Positions 1-9,779 are shown, counted from the first letter of the stretch. The stretch is 64,000 nt of DNA from Candidatus Kaiserbacteria bacterium CG10_big_fil_rev_8_21_14_0_10_47_16 (GCA_002773395.1 PFBI01000006.1:12049-76048), one strand, 5' to 3'. Notes: generated by a model not told the origin, from the sequence alone. Program-made: numbers and translations.

Positions 1-824
1 TATAGGTCGTGGAGGAGCGCGATATCCGCTGGAGTGGCCCCTTGGTCTATTGAAAAGTCTTCATTACTTGAAGTGCCCCACTGCATTCCTCCTGCACCTA
101 CATAGTGCTTGAGCGTAGCAAGTACGGAAGGGGTGCCAGTATTTTTTGGGGCATTATTTTGAAGCCCACGTACATATGCCGCTCCGAGTCGGCCAACGAG
201 GGCTGGGTCATCAGAAAATGTCTCGTAGACTCTTCCCCAGCGAATATCTTGCGGCATGTCGAGCGTCGGTGAGAAGCTCCATGAGATATTGGTTGCTACC
301 AGTTCTTCTGCCGTCGCTCTTGCGACACGCTCAACAAGATCTACATCTCCCGTGGCACCGAGGCCAATGAAGTGCGGGAATATTGTTGCGCCAGGGATGT
401 TTCCGTGTCCATGGTTTGCATCAACACCATAGAGGATAGGAATACCGAGTCGTGATGTGCGAGATATGTCAGTAAATCCATTGACCATTGTCTGCCAGCC
501 AGCGACGGTATTATTCTCGGGATTACCTCCGCCACCGCTCAGTAACGCCCCAAGGCCGTAGGCGCGAATATCATCCGTCTCCGAAATACTATTTTTTTCA
601 ATAAGGGCCATTTGGCCTATTTTTTCTTGCAGCGTCATCTGCGCAAGAAGATCTTCCACACGTTCTGCCGTAGGAAGTGATGAATCTCGATAGCGATCAG
701 AATATGGCGGAAACTGATTTACCGATAAATAGACAAACATCAAAATATATACTGAAAAAAGTGCGAGGGAGAACCCAATAAGGAGGAGCCGGGTCGTCGA
801 CCATTTTTTAAAGGAAGAATACAC
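1..824 (-). CDS. Glycoside hydrolase family 3 (beta-glucosidase-like), N-terminal part, runs off window edge
   Basis: Manual translation: N-terminal TM then YRDSSLPTAERVEDLLAQMTLQEKIGQM, WGRVYETFSDDP and TLKHY, typical GH3 motifs; GTG start 7 nt after TATACT; absent from ORF track because truncated. Confidence 0.85.
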   Translation of the reverse strand, partial: MYSSFKKWSTTRLLLIGFSLALFSVYILMFVYLSVNQFPPYSDRYRDSSLPTAERVEDLLAQMTLQEKIGQMALIEKNSISETDDIRAYGLGALLSGGGGNPENNTVAGWQTMVNGFTDISRTSRLGIPILYGVDANHGHGNIPGATIFPHFIGLGATGDVDLVERVARATAEELVATNISWSFSPTLDMPQDIRWGRVYETFSDDPALVGRLGAAYVRGLQNNAPKNTGTPSVLATLKHYVGAGGMQWGTSSNEDFSIDQGATPADIALLHDL

Positions 825-884
825 AATACTAAGTATACTCCATACAAAAAAGCCTACTCACACACCTGTTGCTTTCAGTACTGC

Positions 885-1781
885 TTATAAAAACTTTTCG
901 ATCTCCGTTAATACCTCATTTCCCTCCCCCTTCTTAAACCAGCGAATACTCTTATCGCGTTTGAGCCACGTCATCTGCCGCTTCGCAAATTTACGACTTT
1001 CGCTTTCAATCTTTTCACACATCTCTTCCTTACCTATTTTCTTTTGTAAAAATTGTGCAATGTAACGGTATTCAAGTCCGAGGGATTCCAACCGTTCGTA
1101 TGAAAGTCCGTTTTCGTGGAGATGCTCCACTTCTTCAATCATTCCCTCTTCAAGTCGGGTATAGAGACGCGTATGGATATTTTCGTGTAGTTTCTCTTTC
1201 TCTATATCAATACCAATAATAAACGCTTTGTACAGTTCTTCTTGTGTAGATTCAGGTACGCTACCGATTGCCTCTACAATCTCAAGTGCACGGATGAGTC
1301 GTACGGGATTGTCTTTATCAATGTCCGCCGCACGTCGCGGGTCCTGCTCTTCAAGAAGTGCAAAAAGTTCTTCAGTACTTTTTTCTTCCAAAGTCTTTCG
1401 AAGTTCTTGGTTTGGCGGTACTTCTGGAGTACTTACGCGTCCAAGAAGCGCATCAACATAGAAGAAACTACCGCCTGCGACAATCGGCAGCTTTCCTCGC
1501 GCAAGAATGTCTGCAATCGCAGTGCGACCGTCGCGCACAAAGTCAGTGACGTTGTATACGTCCTTCGGATCTGCAACATCAAGAAGGTGGTGCGGGACGC
1601 CGTCCATTTCTTCCTCAGTCACTTTGCCACTGCCAATATCGAGTCCTCTATATACTTGGCGAGAATCTGCAGAGATAACCTCACCGTTAAACTGCTTCGC
1701 CACTTCGATAGAAAGCGACGTCTTGCCCGAGGCAGTTGGCCCCACAATCACTACTATTTTTGGCTTGTTTTTGTCACTCAT
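885..1781 (-). CDS. miaA: tRNA dimethylallyltransferase
   Basis: GPTASGKT P-loop, DSRQVY, PHHLLD, FAKRQMTW. Confidence 0.97.
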   Translation of the reverse strand: MSDKNKPKIVVIVGPTASGKTSLSIEVAKQFNGEVISADSRQVYRGLDIGSGKVTEEEMDGVPHHLLDVADPKDVYNVTDFVRDGRTAIADILARGKLPIVAGGSFFYVDALLGRVSTPEVPPNQELRKTLEEKSTEELFALLEEQDPRRAADIDKDNPVRLIRALEIVEAIGSVPESTQEELYKAFIIGIDIEKEKLHENIHTRLYTRLEEGMIEEVEHLHENGLSYERLESLGLEYRYIAQFLQKKIGKEEMCEKIESESRKFAKRQMTWLKRDKSIRWFKKGEGNEVLTEIEKFL

Positions 1782-1875
1782 TGGAGGGACTATACCACAC
1801 TATTGCTGTTTGTACGGGTATCTGATAGTCTCCTAGCAGAAGAAGCCAAGGTGGCTTCAAAACAGGAGATTTAAG

Positions 1876-2565
1876 ATGGGATTTCGAGTTGTCACTCCGT
1901 CACCAGAAGCGGTTCTCGCCGCTTTATTTGAAGCGAGGGCAGTGGGATTCAAAAGGGGGAAGGCAATTCGTTTCAAACAAAAAATCCTTTCCCCAGGCGC
2001 GTATATCAATAACCGTGCATTGCCGTCCCATCGGAAAGAATGGGCGGTAGTGATTCGGGAGCTGCAGCGCGTTGCTGATATTCTTCATACCAAGCACGAG
2101 TATTCCGTCATTGCTTCGATTGCAACGGGCGCAATCGTTCATGGTGGAGTATTGGCGTGGGAAACTGGATTTCCTCATGTCATCGTCAAGGCTGAAGAAA
2201 AGACACATGGCCTCAGTGGTTTGATTGACGGCGATACGAGAGTTCTTGAAGGAGCACGCGTGCTCCTGATCGAGGACATGTCGTCGACCTTCAAGAGCAG
2301 TCTCGCAGCGATGCGTGCATTTGCTGAAAAAGGGGTGGGCGTTTCTTGCTCGCTGCTCATCAACACGTGGGGATTCCCGGAATTTCATGAAAATGTTGGG
2401 GATCACGATGTGGTCGCCCTCTGCTCGGGAAGCATGATCGTGGACTTCGCAGAGTCGAATCACATCATCGACGCTGAGTATGCAACACTCTTACGGAAGT
2501 GGATCGCAGATCCGTACGACGAGAGCTGGGTCAGTGACGAGTGGATTATTCCACCAAGGAAGTAG
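1876..2565 (+). CDS. Divergent orotate phosphoribosyltransferase-like protein (type I PRTase)
   Basis: EKTHG loop, LLIEDMSST PRPP-binding-like motif, SD AGGAG; next to a PyrF-like gene. Confidence 0.75.
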   Translation: MGFRVVTPSPEAVLAALFEARAVGFKRGKAIRFKQKILSPGAYINNRALPSHRKEWAVVIRELQRVADILHTKHEYSVIASIATGAIVHGGVLAWETGFPHVIVKAEEKTHGLSGLIDGDTRVLEGARVLLIEDMSSTFKSSLAAMRAFAEKGVGVSCSLLINTWGFPEFHENVGDHDVVALCSGSMIVDFAESNHIIDAEYATLLRKWIADPYDESWVSDEWIIPPRK

Positions 2566-2588
2566 TTCTCGAGCCAAATAAAGAAAAC

Positions 2589-2612
2589 GGCCGGTGCGCA
2601 TGCGCACCGGCC
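2589..2612. terminator. Bidirectional terminator between convergent pyrE-like and pyrF-like genes
   Basis: Perfect palindrome GGCCGGTGCGCATGCGCACCGGCC with A/T-rich flanks. Confidence 0.75.
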
Positions 2613-2633
2613 TTTATAATTCCCCAGCTTCTT

Positions 2634-3371
2634 TTATCGAAGCTGCAGGAGATCGAGCATTTGTTCAACACGACCGCGTACATCGGGATGGTCGTTGACT
2701 CCGCGTCCGAAGACAAAGAAGTCAGTGCCTGCTCGCTGTGCCTCAGTTGGCGCGAGCGCATTCAGCGAGTTGCTGTCTGCCATTGCGTCAGAAGGCTTTA
2801 CGCCTGGGCACACAATACTCACTTGATCTCGTTGGTATGAAGGAATCCACCGAATATCTCGTGGAGCGCAGAGTAGCCCTTCTGCTTCCAGATATTCTGC
2901 GCGAACAAAGTAATCTTTCGCCGCACTTCGACGATCGTGATAGCCTTCCGCAACAAAGTCCGCGTCGCCCTTGTCGGTTGGAAGACCGAACGGCAGGACG
3001 AGTGCTGAAGGCAGCATGTTCTTGATGCCATCAAACGCGTGTCTTGTTACCCTGCTATCGATTGTAACGATCGCCGGTTCGTATCGCGCATAGACCAAAT
3101 ATTCGTTGAGGAGTGTATTGTCGGTACCTGAAGATTTCAAATCAAGCATGACGCGCACATTGCGACCCTTCAGATACTGCAATACTTCGGGGACACCACA
3201 GACGCGCGCAACCACCTCGACCTTCAGAAGGACGTTCAGCCCCTCTATTGCATCGCACAGTCCCCCAAGAAACTGGAAGACTTCGATTTTAGTTCGGTGT
3301 GCAGGCACTGCACCAAGTGGAAGGTCCGCAGAAAGAATGACCCGTTCCGTGAGATGTTGTAATTCGAGCAT
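2634..3371 (-). CDS. Divergent orotidine-5'-phosphate decarboxylase-like protein
   Basis: SADL, LKV, MLDLKSSGTDNT (cf. DLKxxDIPNT), CPGV, VFGR motifs of the OMPDC barrel. Confidence 0.75.
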   Translation of the reverse strand: MLELQHLTERVILSADLPLGAVPAHRTKIEVFQFLGGLCDAIEGLNVLLKVEVVARVCGVPEVLQYLKGRNVRVMLDLKSSGTDNTLLNEYLVYARYEPAIVTIDSRVTRHAFDGIKNMLPSALVLPFGLPTDKGDADFVAEGYHDRRSAAKDYFVRAEYLEAEGLLCAPRDIRWIPSYQRDQVSIVCPGVKPSDAMADSNSLNALAPTEAQRAGTDFFVFGRGVNDHPDVRGRVEQMLDLLQLR

Positions 3372-3422
3372 GGGGCTCCCCTGTTGAACTGTTTTTACTA
3401 CGATGATTATACAACAAAAATA

Positions 3423-3878
3423 CTATTTTGCAATATTTAGGATATGGTCGAAATGTTTCTTAGAGACTGGTTGTACGGAGAGTCGTTGTCCTTTTTGTAT
3501 GAGTGGCATACCGGTAAACGCAGGATCGTTTTTAATTTCTGCGAGTGTAATCGGGTGTTTAAATTTTTCCTTAAACTTCACGTCGACCACGTACCAACGC
3601 GGATTATCTCTCTTCGCTGTTTTATCAAAGTGATGATCTTTTGGGTCAAATTGAGTTGGGTCTGGATATGCGTCGCTTACCACTTCAGCGATGCCAAAGA
3701 CGCCGATTGGTTCGGTATTTGAGTGATAGAAAAGCACCAAATCCCCTTTCTCAATCGTGTCTCGTATCAGATTTCGTGCCTGGTAGTTGCGGACACCATC
3801 CCACAGTGTTTGCTTGTCGCGCTTTAAATCATCAATGGAATAGCTTTTTGGTTCGCTTTTCAGTAGCCAATATTTCAT
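3423..3878 (-). CDS. EVE domain protein
   Basis: MKYWLLKSEP, WDGVRNYQARN, GDLVLFYHS, RLSVQPV; start trimmed to ATG 6 nt after TATAAT. Confidence 0.93.
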   Translation of the reverse strand: MKYWLLKSEPKSYSIDDLKRDKQTLWDGVRNYQARNLIRDTIEKGDLVLFYHSNTEPIGVFGIAEVVSDAYPDPTQFDPKDHHFDKTAKRDNPRWYVVDVKFKEKFKHPITLAEIKNDPAFTGMPLIQKGQRLSVQPVSKKHFDHILNIAK

Positions 3879-3947
3879 ACGTCCATTATATCTTTTTCTC
3901 GGAAATATGTTATTTTTAGCTATTATACGGAGGTTAGCAGGAATTAT

Positions 3948-5705
3948 ATGAGTGAACAGATTTCTAACATTGAGAAAAAGCGTCATACACTCGCCCACCT
4001 TTTGGCGGCAGCGGTTTTGAAAGACTATCCGCACGCACTTCTCACGATCGGTCCTGCTATCGAGAATGGTTTCTATTACGATATTGATTTTTCTGCGGGC
4101 GCAGCGCCCGGAGACGACGATCTAAAAAGTATCCAAAAAAACATGAAGAAGCTGCTCTCTTCATGGAAGGAATTTACACACAAGGAAGTATCTGCTGCTG
4201 ATGCGCGTGAAGTATTTGCAGGAAATGACTTCAAGATTGAACTCATCAATGAGCTTGAGGAAAAAGGAGAAACAATCACACTTTATACGGTAGGCGACTT
4301 TACTGACCTTTGCCGAGGAGGACATTCGGAAACTCCGGCAACTGATATTGATGCCGATGCATTTAAACTCACCTCAATTGCGGGTGCATACTGGCGTGGG
4401 AGCGAAAAGAATCCAATGCTTACCCGTATCTACGGCGTCGCATTTGATACAAAGGAAGAACTTGCTGCGTACGAAACACAGCTTGAAGAAGCGAAGAAGC
4501 GTGATCATAAGAAGCTTGGAGGTGAACTTGGACTCTTTACTATTTCGCCGCTTATTGGCGCCGGCCTCCCACTCCTTCAACCAAAGGGTGCACTCATCCG
4601 TCGTGAGATTGAAGAGTATCTATGGGATCTACATAAAGATAAAGAATACGACCGCGTATGGACACCACATATTGCCCGAGAGGCGCTCTATGAGACAAGT
4701 GGTCACGCAGCTAAATTTGGTGACGAGCTTTTCCGTGTGAAAGGCAAAGAAGATGAGTTTATCCTCAAGCCAATGAACTGTCCGCATCACATGCAGATTT
4801 TTGCAGACAATCAATTCTCATATCGTGATATGCCGATACGATATTTTGAACCTGCCACCGTATACCGCGATGAAAAGAGCGGCCAGTTGGGAGGTCTTAC
4901 TCGCGTACGCGCTATTACACAAGATGATGGACACCTCTTCTGTCGTGTAGAACAAATTACCGAGGAAGTTTCAACGATCGTTGGTATCATTCGTGAGTTT
5001 TACGCGACGATGGGTATGCTTGAGGGTTACCATGTACAGCTTTCGGTACGTGATGGAGAAGATAAGTATTTAGGAAGTGACGCAGTATGGGAACGTGCTG
5101 AAAAGGCACTTGATGATGCTGCAAAGGCAAATAATCTTAACTATACGCGTGTTGAGGGCGAGGCGGCATTCTATGGACCAAAGCTTGACTTCATGTTCAC
5201 TGATGCAATCGGACGAGAGTGGCAACTTGCAACCATTCAGTGTGACTTCAATCTTCCTGAACGATTCAACCTTTCTTTTATTAATGAGAAAGGTGAAAAA
5301 GAGCAGCCAGTGGTTATCCACCGTGCAATCTCAGGTTCACTCGAGCGCTTTATGGGGGTCATGATTGAACATTTTGCAGGCAACTTCCCACTCTGGCTTT
5401 CACCGGAACAAATCACTATTATCCCTGTTTCTGATGCTCATAATGAGTACGCACAGCAGGTATACGATGGCCTCAAGGCTGTTGGTATCCGTGTATCATT
5501 CGATGATTCTAAAGAATCAATGGGTAAGAAGATACGGAATGCAAAGAAAGGTAAACTCCCCTACTTTGCAGTTATTGGAGATAAGGAAGTTGAAAATAAA
5601 ACAGTGACTCTTGAATCACGAAATGGTGAATCAAAAGAAATGACAACGTCAGAACTCGGTAACCATTTGCTTACTGAAATTGAAATGAAGGCATTGCCGA
5701 AGTAA
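3948..5705 (+). CDS. thrS: Threonine--tRNA ligase (no N-terminal TGS domain)
   Basis: HTLAH, DLCRGGH, KPMNCPHH, AAFYGPK, IHRAISGSLERF. Confidence 0.98.
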   Translation: MSEQISNIEKKRHTLAHLLAAAVLKDYPHALLTIGPAIENGFYYDIDFSAGAAPGDDDLKSIQKNMKKLLSSWKEFTHKEVSAADAREVFAGNDFKIELINELEEKGETITLYTVGDFTDLCRGGHSETPATDIDADAFKLTSIAGAYWRGSEKNPMLTRIYGVAFDTKEELAAYETQLEEAKKRDHKKLGGELGLFTISPLIGAGLPLLQPKGALIRREIEEYLWDLHKDKEYDRVWTPHIAREALYETSGHAAKFGDELFRVKGKEDEFILKPMNCPHHMQIFADNQFSYRDMPIRYFEPATVYRDEKSGQLGGLTRVRAITQDDGHLFCRVEQITEEVSTIVGIIREFYATMGMLEGYHVQLSVRDGEDKYLGSDAVWERAEKALDDAAKANNLNYTRVEGEAAFYGPKLDFMFTDAIGREWQLATIQCDFNLPERFNLSFINEKGEKEQPVVIHRAISGSLERFMGVMIEHFAGNFPLWLSPEQITIIPVSDAHNEYAQQVYDGLKAVGIRVSFDDSKESMGKKIRNAKKGKLPYFAVIGDKEVENKTVTLESRNGESKEMTTSELGNHLLTEIEMKALPK

Positions 5706-5715
5706 GGGTTGGCGG

Positions 5716-5755
5716 GCACGAAAAAAGCCAGACGGATGTCTGGCTTTTTTCGTGC
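5716..5755. terminator. Bidirectional intrinsic terminator
   Basis: GCACGAAAAAAGCCAGAC-GGAT-GTCTGGCTTTTTTCGTGC. Confidence 0.85.
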
Positions 5756-5815
5756 TCATTTGAGCGTTGCGGCGGGACTCACAATTATTACTGGAGACTT
5801 TCGGGTCCAGACAGC

Positions 5816-8800
5816 TTACGCTGTGAGAAGTGCTGCGAGGCGCTCTTTGTTGATTACCATCCAACCGTTTTCAGTTGGGAACATTGCCTTTGCCTTCGTG
5901 ATCACATGATCAAGCATGGTAAGACGTTGTTCAAGTGGTGCATCCTGATCAGCGACGTAACTGAGTGCGTCGGCTGAAAGAAGTACACGTGATGCATGTG
6001 CTCGATTTTCAATTGTCGATGCAGCATCCGCTACTTCTTCTTGCACCATTACCGGTGCTCCGGTAATCGGTTCTACTGCTGCAATCGGAAGATTAAACGG
6101 AATACTTGAGTCGGCCGTCACTTCAGAAGCAACCGTTGATGTGGCGACAGGGGTTGGAATATGCTGCGCTGCAGATACTCCTTTCCCTGCTGTTGCAAAA
6201 CGTCCTTTCTTCACTACGAAGAAGTATGCGATACCGACTCCCCATAGAGCGAGGAGTGCATAGAATACTGAGGTAAGGAATGGTCCTGCATCGAATCCTG
6301 TGTATGGCACACGTACGAGCTGTACGCCGGCCACGAGTGGATCCTGTGTTCGAACGGTTGTAACAACAACATTGTTATCATCATCAACACGTACCTCTAC
6401 ACGACAGGTGTCAGTGTCACCTTTCTTTCCGTACGCAGTAAGCGTATATTCAGTATCTTCGTCTGGTCGGACAGAAATACTGTCACGTTCAGGATCTTCG
6501 TTGTCTCCATTGTCGGTATCAACGAGAGTCTTTCCATGATCGTCACGAAGACGGATGTCCTCAGTGTCGTCATTGTCCCAACTGAGCGTAATACGATCGC
6601 CGTCGTTAATACGATCATCAGAGACTTCGAGATCACATCGTACGTTACCAGAATCCTTTACATTAACTGATGTTGAACAAGTCACGCTATCAGTATTGTT
6701 TGAAGCGGTAAGGCGGTATGTCTTATTGTCGTACGCGTAGAGTGTTACGGATCCATCTTGAGCAACGAGTCCAAGACCGTTGTCAATAGAAACGCGCGTT
6801 GCATCAGTTGTGTTCCATCGGAGTTCAAAGGAATCTCCCTCATCAACACTTGAAGGTGTTGCTGTAAAGTAATCACATGAGAGATTACTTTGCGGTGGGG
6901 TATCCTGCACGTTTACCGATGTTGAACACGTTACGGTATTCGTATTATTTGATGCAGTGAGTACGTATGTCTTACTGGCAGTACCGGTAAGGGTAACTGA
7001 ACCGTCAGCTGCAACGAGTCCAATACCATTGTTGATTGATACAGAGTTTGCATCAGTTGTGTTCCAGATAAGTTGGAATTGATTACCCTGTTGTACAGTC
7101 GATGGTGATGTGTAGAACTGGTCACAACTGAGTGAACTTTGTGGTGGCGTATTCTTAATCTTTACTGATGTTGAACATGATACCGTTCCCGTACTATTGG
7201 TTGCAGTAAGGGTGTAGGTCGTATCGTGATTTACTGCAAGAGATACTGATCCGTCCTGTGGGACGAGTCCTGTTCCTTGGTTGATTGAAACTTGCGTTGC
7301 GCCGGTTGTATTCCATGAAAGTTGGAATGCCTCACCTGCTTCAACGAAGCTTGGACTTGCTTGGAAGAAATCACATGAGAGTGGATTTTCAACTGGAATA
7401 TCTTGCACCTTTACGCTTGTTGTACATGAAACAATGCTTGACGCATTTGAGGCAGTAAGTACAAACGAGGTGTTCTTGGTTACGGTAAGCGCGATAGAAC
7501 CGTCCTTAGGAACAAGTCCAACACCGTTGTTAACAGTCACCTGTGTTGCCCCAGTTGTACCCCACGTAAGTTGGAAGGCTTCGCCAGAACCAACAGTACC
7601 AGGATTCGCTTGGAAGAAGTCACATGAAATCGGATTTTCCTCTGGGATGTCCTGTACTTTTATATTCGTCACACATGACACAATACTCGAACTGTTTGAA
7701 GCGGTGAGTACGAACGATGTATCGTTCGTCACGGTAAGAGCGATTGATCCATCTTGTGGCACAAGTCCGACACCATTATTGATGTTTACTTGTGTTGCAC
7801 CAGTCGTCCCCCACGTAAGTTGGAAGGCTTCGCCTTTCTTTACGATATTTGGATTCGCCTGAAAGAAATCACAAGAAATCGGTTCGTCTACAACTACCGT
7901 TTCAACTTTCACATTTGTCGTACATGACACGATGCTTGAGCTGTTTGACGCAGTGAGTACAAATGAAGTGTCTTGATTGACGGTAAGTGCAACCGATCCG
8001 TCCTGTGGTACAAGACCGATACCATTATTAATGGTTACCTGTGTACCACCAGTTGTACCCCACGTAAGTTGGAATGCCTCACCTTTCTTTACAATACTCG
8101 GGTTTGCTTGGAAGAAGTCACACGAGAGTGGGTTCTCGACAGGAATGTCTTGTACGTGCACGGTCGATGTACACGATACGATACTCGAAGCATTAGATGC
8201 GGTAAGCACGTACGTTTTGTCAGCTTGCACGGTAAGTGCAACCGATCCATCTGCTGGTACAAGACCAACACCGTTGTTGATGTTTACCTGTGTCGCTCCG
8301 GTCGTTGCCCACGTAAGTTGGAATGCTTCACCCTTTCCTACTGTTGAAGGATTCGCTTGGAAGAAATCACATGAGAGTGGATTTTCCTCTGGAATATCTT
8401 CTACATGTACCGTTGTCGTACACGACACAATACTTGAAGCATTTGATGCCGTAAGGATAAATGACTTATCAGCTTGCACTGAAAGTGCCACCGATCCGTT
8501 TTTCGGTACAAGACCAACACCGTTATTGATGTTTACCTGCGTCGCTCCGGTTGTTGCCCACGTAAGTTGGAATGCCTCACCTTTGCCTACAGTGCTTGGG
8601 TTTGCTTGGAAGAAGTCACATGAAAGTGGAGTTTCTACAGGAATATCCTGCACCTTCACATTTGTGGCACACGAAACCGTTCCCGTGCTATTCGATGCGG
8701 TAAGGATAAAGGACGTATCTTGATTTACAGAAAGCGCTGCCGAACCATTCTTTGGAACGAGGCCTACGCCGTTATTGATTGATACTGTGGTAGCACCTGT

Positions 8801-9673
8801 TGTGCCCCATGTAAGTTGAAATGCTTCACCTTTCTTCACGATACTTGGACTTGCTTGGAAGAAGTCACATGAAAGTGGTGTTTGCTGTGGTGGCTGTTGG
8901 TTTACATTGATCTGTACCGTACACGTATCACTGCCTCCTTGTCCGTATGCAGTAAGGGTGTATGACTGTGAGTGATCAACGTATACGCTACTTGAACCGT
9001 TCTTTGGAACAAGTCCGAGTCCTGGATTAATAGATACTGAAGTTGCGTATGAAGTTCCCCATGTAAGTGTTACGTTTGCGCCGCCAGCGGGAACTGTTGT
9101 GTTACTTGCAGTAAAGAAGTCACAGTATGCGGGCTGTGGAGTGTAGTGGTAGTCGTTGTAGTACGTGTAGTCGTAATAGGTGTAGTCGTTGTATGTGTAG
9201 TAGTCGTAGTAATCGTAATAGTCGTAGTTGTAGTATTGGTAGTCGGTGTAGTAGTAGTCGGTGTAACCGTAGTCGTATGAATAGTCGTTGTACCCGTAAT
9301 CATACGAGTAATCGTTATACCCGTAATCGTAGGAATAATCATCGTAGCCACCACAGCCATAACAGCTGTCGCCACCGACGTACCCGCCATTTCCATAATT
9401 ATACGAGTAGTCGTTATACCCGTAATCATACGAATAGTCGTTGTACCCGTAGTCGTATGAGTAGTCATAGTATCCTCCACAGCTGTAACAGCTGTCGCCA
9501 CCGACGTAGCCACCCCCATAGTCATAGGAATAGTCATCGTAGTATTGAGCCTCTGCTGTTGCAGGGACGAGCGTAAGATCATCAGTGATCTGTGATACTG
9601 AGACAAGACCAAACGCAAAAACAGCAGTCGCGAAGACTCCCGTAAGGATTGAGATTTTAATAATAGTGTTCAT
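5816..9673 (-). CDS. Giant surface protein/adhesin: signal/TM, Tyr-Asp-rich tract, 11 Cys-paired Ig-like repeats, VPYTG + TM anchor, C-terminal tail
   Basis: Start trimmed to MNTIIK; repeats SCDFFQANP..FQLTW.TTGAT.V.INNGVG..GS....Y/F.LTA....SC. Confidence 0.85.
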   Translation of the reverse strand: MNTIIKISILTGVFATAVFAFGLVSVSQITDDLTLVPATAEAQYYDDYSYDYGGGYVGGDSCYSCGGYYDYSYDYGYNDYSYDYGYNDYSYNYGNGGYVGGDSCYGCGGYDDYSYDYGYNDYSYDYGYNDYSYDYGYTDYYYTDYQYYNYDYYDYYDYYTYNDYTYYDYTYYNDYHYTPQPAYCDFFTASNTTVPAGGANVTLTWGTSYATSVSINPGLGLVPKNGSSSVYVDHSQSYTLTAYGQGGSDTCTVQINVNQQPPQQTPLSCDFFQASPSIVKKGEAFQLTWGTTGATTVSINNGVGLVPKNGSAALSVNQDTSFILTASNSTGTVSCATNVKVQDIPVETPLSCDFFQANPSTVGKGEAFQLTWATTGATQVNINNGVGLVPKNGSVALSVQADKSFILTASNASSIVSCTTTVHVEDIPEENPLSCDFFQANPSTVGKGEAFQLTWATTGATQVNINNGVGLVPADGSVALTVQADKTYVLTASNASSIVSCTSTVHVQDIPVENPLSCDFFQANPSIVKKGEAFQLTWGTTGGTQVTINNGIGLVPQDGSVALTVNQDTSFVLTASNSSSIVSCTTNVKVETVVVDEPISCDFFQANPNIVKKGEAFQLTWGTTGATQVNINNGVGLVPQDGSIALTVTNDTSFVLTASNSSSIVSCVTNIKVQDIPEENPISCDFFQANPGTVGSGEAFQLTWGTTGATQVTVNNGVGLVPKDGSIALTVTKNTSFVLTASNASSIVSCTTSVKVQDIPVENPLSCDFFQASPSFVEAGEAFQLSWNTTGATQVSINQGTGLVPQDGSVSLAVNHDTTYTLTATNSTGTVSCSTSVKIKNTPPQSSLSCDQFYTSPSTVQQGNQFQLIWNTTDANSVSINNGIGLVAADGSVTLTGTASKTYVLTASNNTNTVTCSTSVNVQDTPPQSNLSCDYFTATPSSVDEGDSFELRWNTTDATRVSIDNGLGLVAQDGSVTLYAYDNKTYRLTASNNTDSVTCSTSVNVKDSGNVRCDLEVSDDRINDGDRITLSWDNDDTEDIRLRDDHGKTLVDTDNGDNEDPERDSISVRPDEDTEYTLTAYGKKGDTDTCRVEVRVDDDNNVVVTTVRTQDPLVAGVQLVRVPYTGFDAGPFLTSVFYALLALWGVGIAYFFVVKKGRFATAGKGVSAAQHIPTPVATSTVASEVTADSSIPFNLPIAAVEPITGAPVMVQEEVADAASTIENRAHASRVLLSADALSYVADQDAPLEQRLTMLDHVITKAKAMFPTENGWMVINKERLAALLTA
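6390..9130 (-). repeat. Tandem intragenic ~250 bp (~83 aa) repeats, 11 copies with the last divergent; boundaries approximate
   Basis: Recurrent nucleotide blocks such as ttggaagaagtcaca and cacgtaagttggaa about every 250 bp. Confidence 0.9.
9140..9547 (-). repeat. Low-complexity Tyr/Asp/Asn tract with 27-nt YNDYSYDYG units and two GGYVGGDSCYxCGGY units
   Basis: Direct reading of translation and tagtcgttgtacccgta-type repeats. Confidence 0.9.
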
Positions 9674-9779
9674 AGAATAATTAATATAACGATTAGTACT
9701 ACACTGGATGACGACTATCATGCCAGATGATGAAGGTGAATCGAGTTCACCGCCAACATCAATAATGATGTAAGAAAAT

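Noticed and set aside
7281-8723. Long + strand ORFs (193 and 248 aa) with repeats
   Set aside because: Antisense shadows of the repetitive adhesin.
9140-9547. Possible CRISPR array or DGR template/variable repeats
   Set aside because: Repeats are in-frame coding units without spacers; no cas or reverse transcriptase gene in the window.
9070-9618. Thr-rich and Ser/Arg-rich alternative-frame ORFs
   Set aside because: By-products of the TAC/GAC repeat tract.
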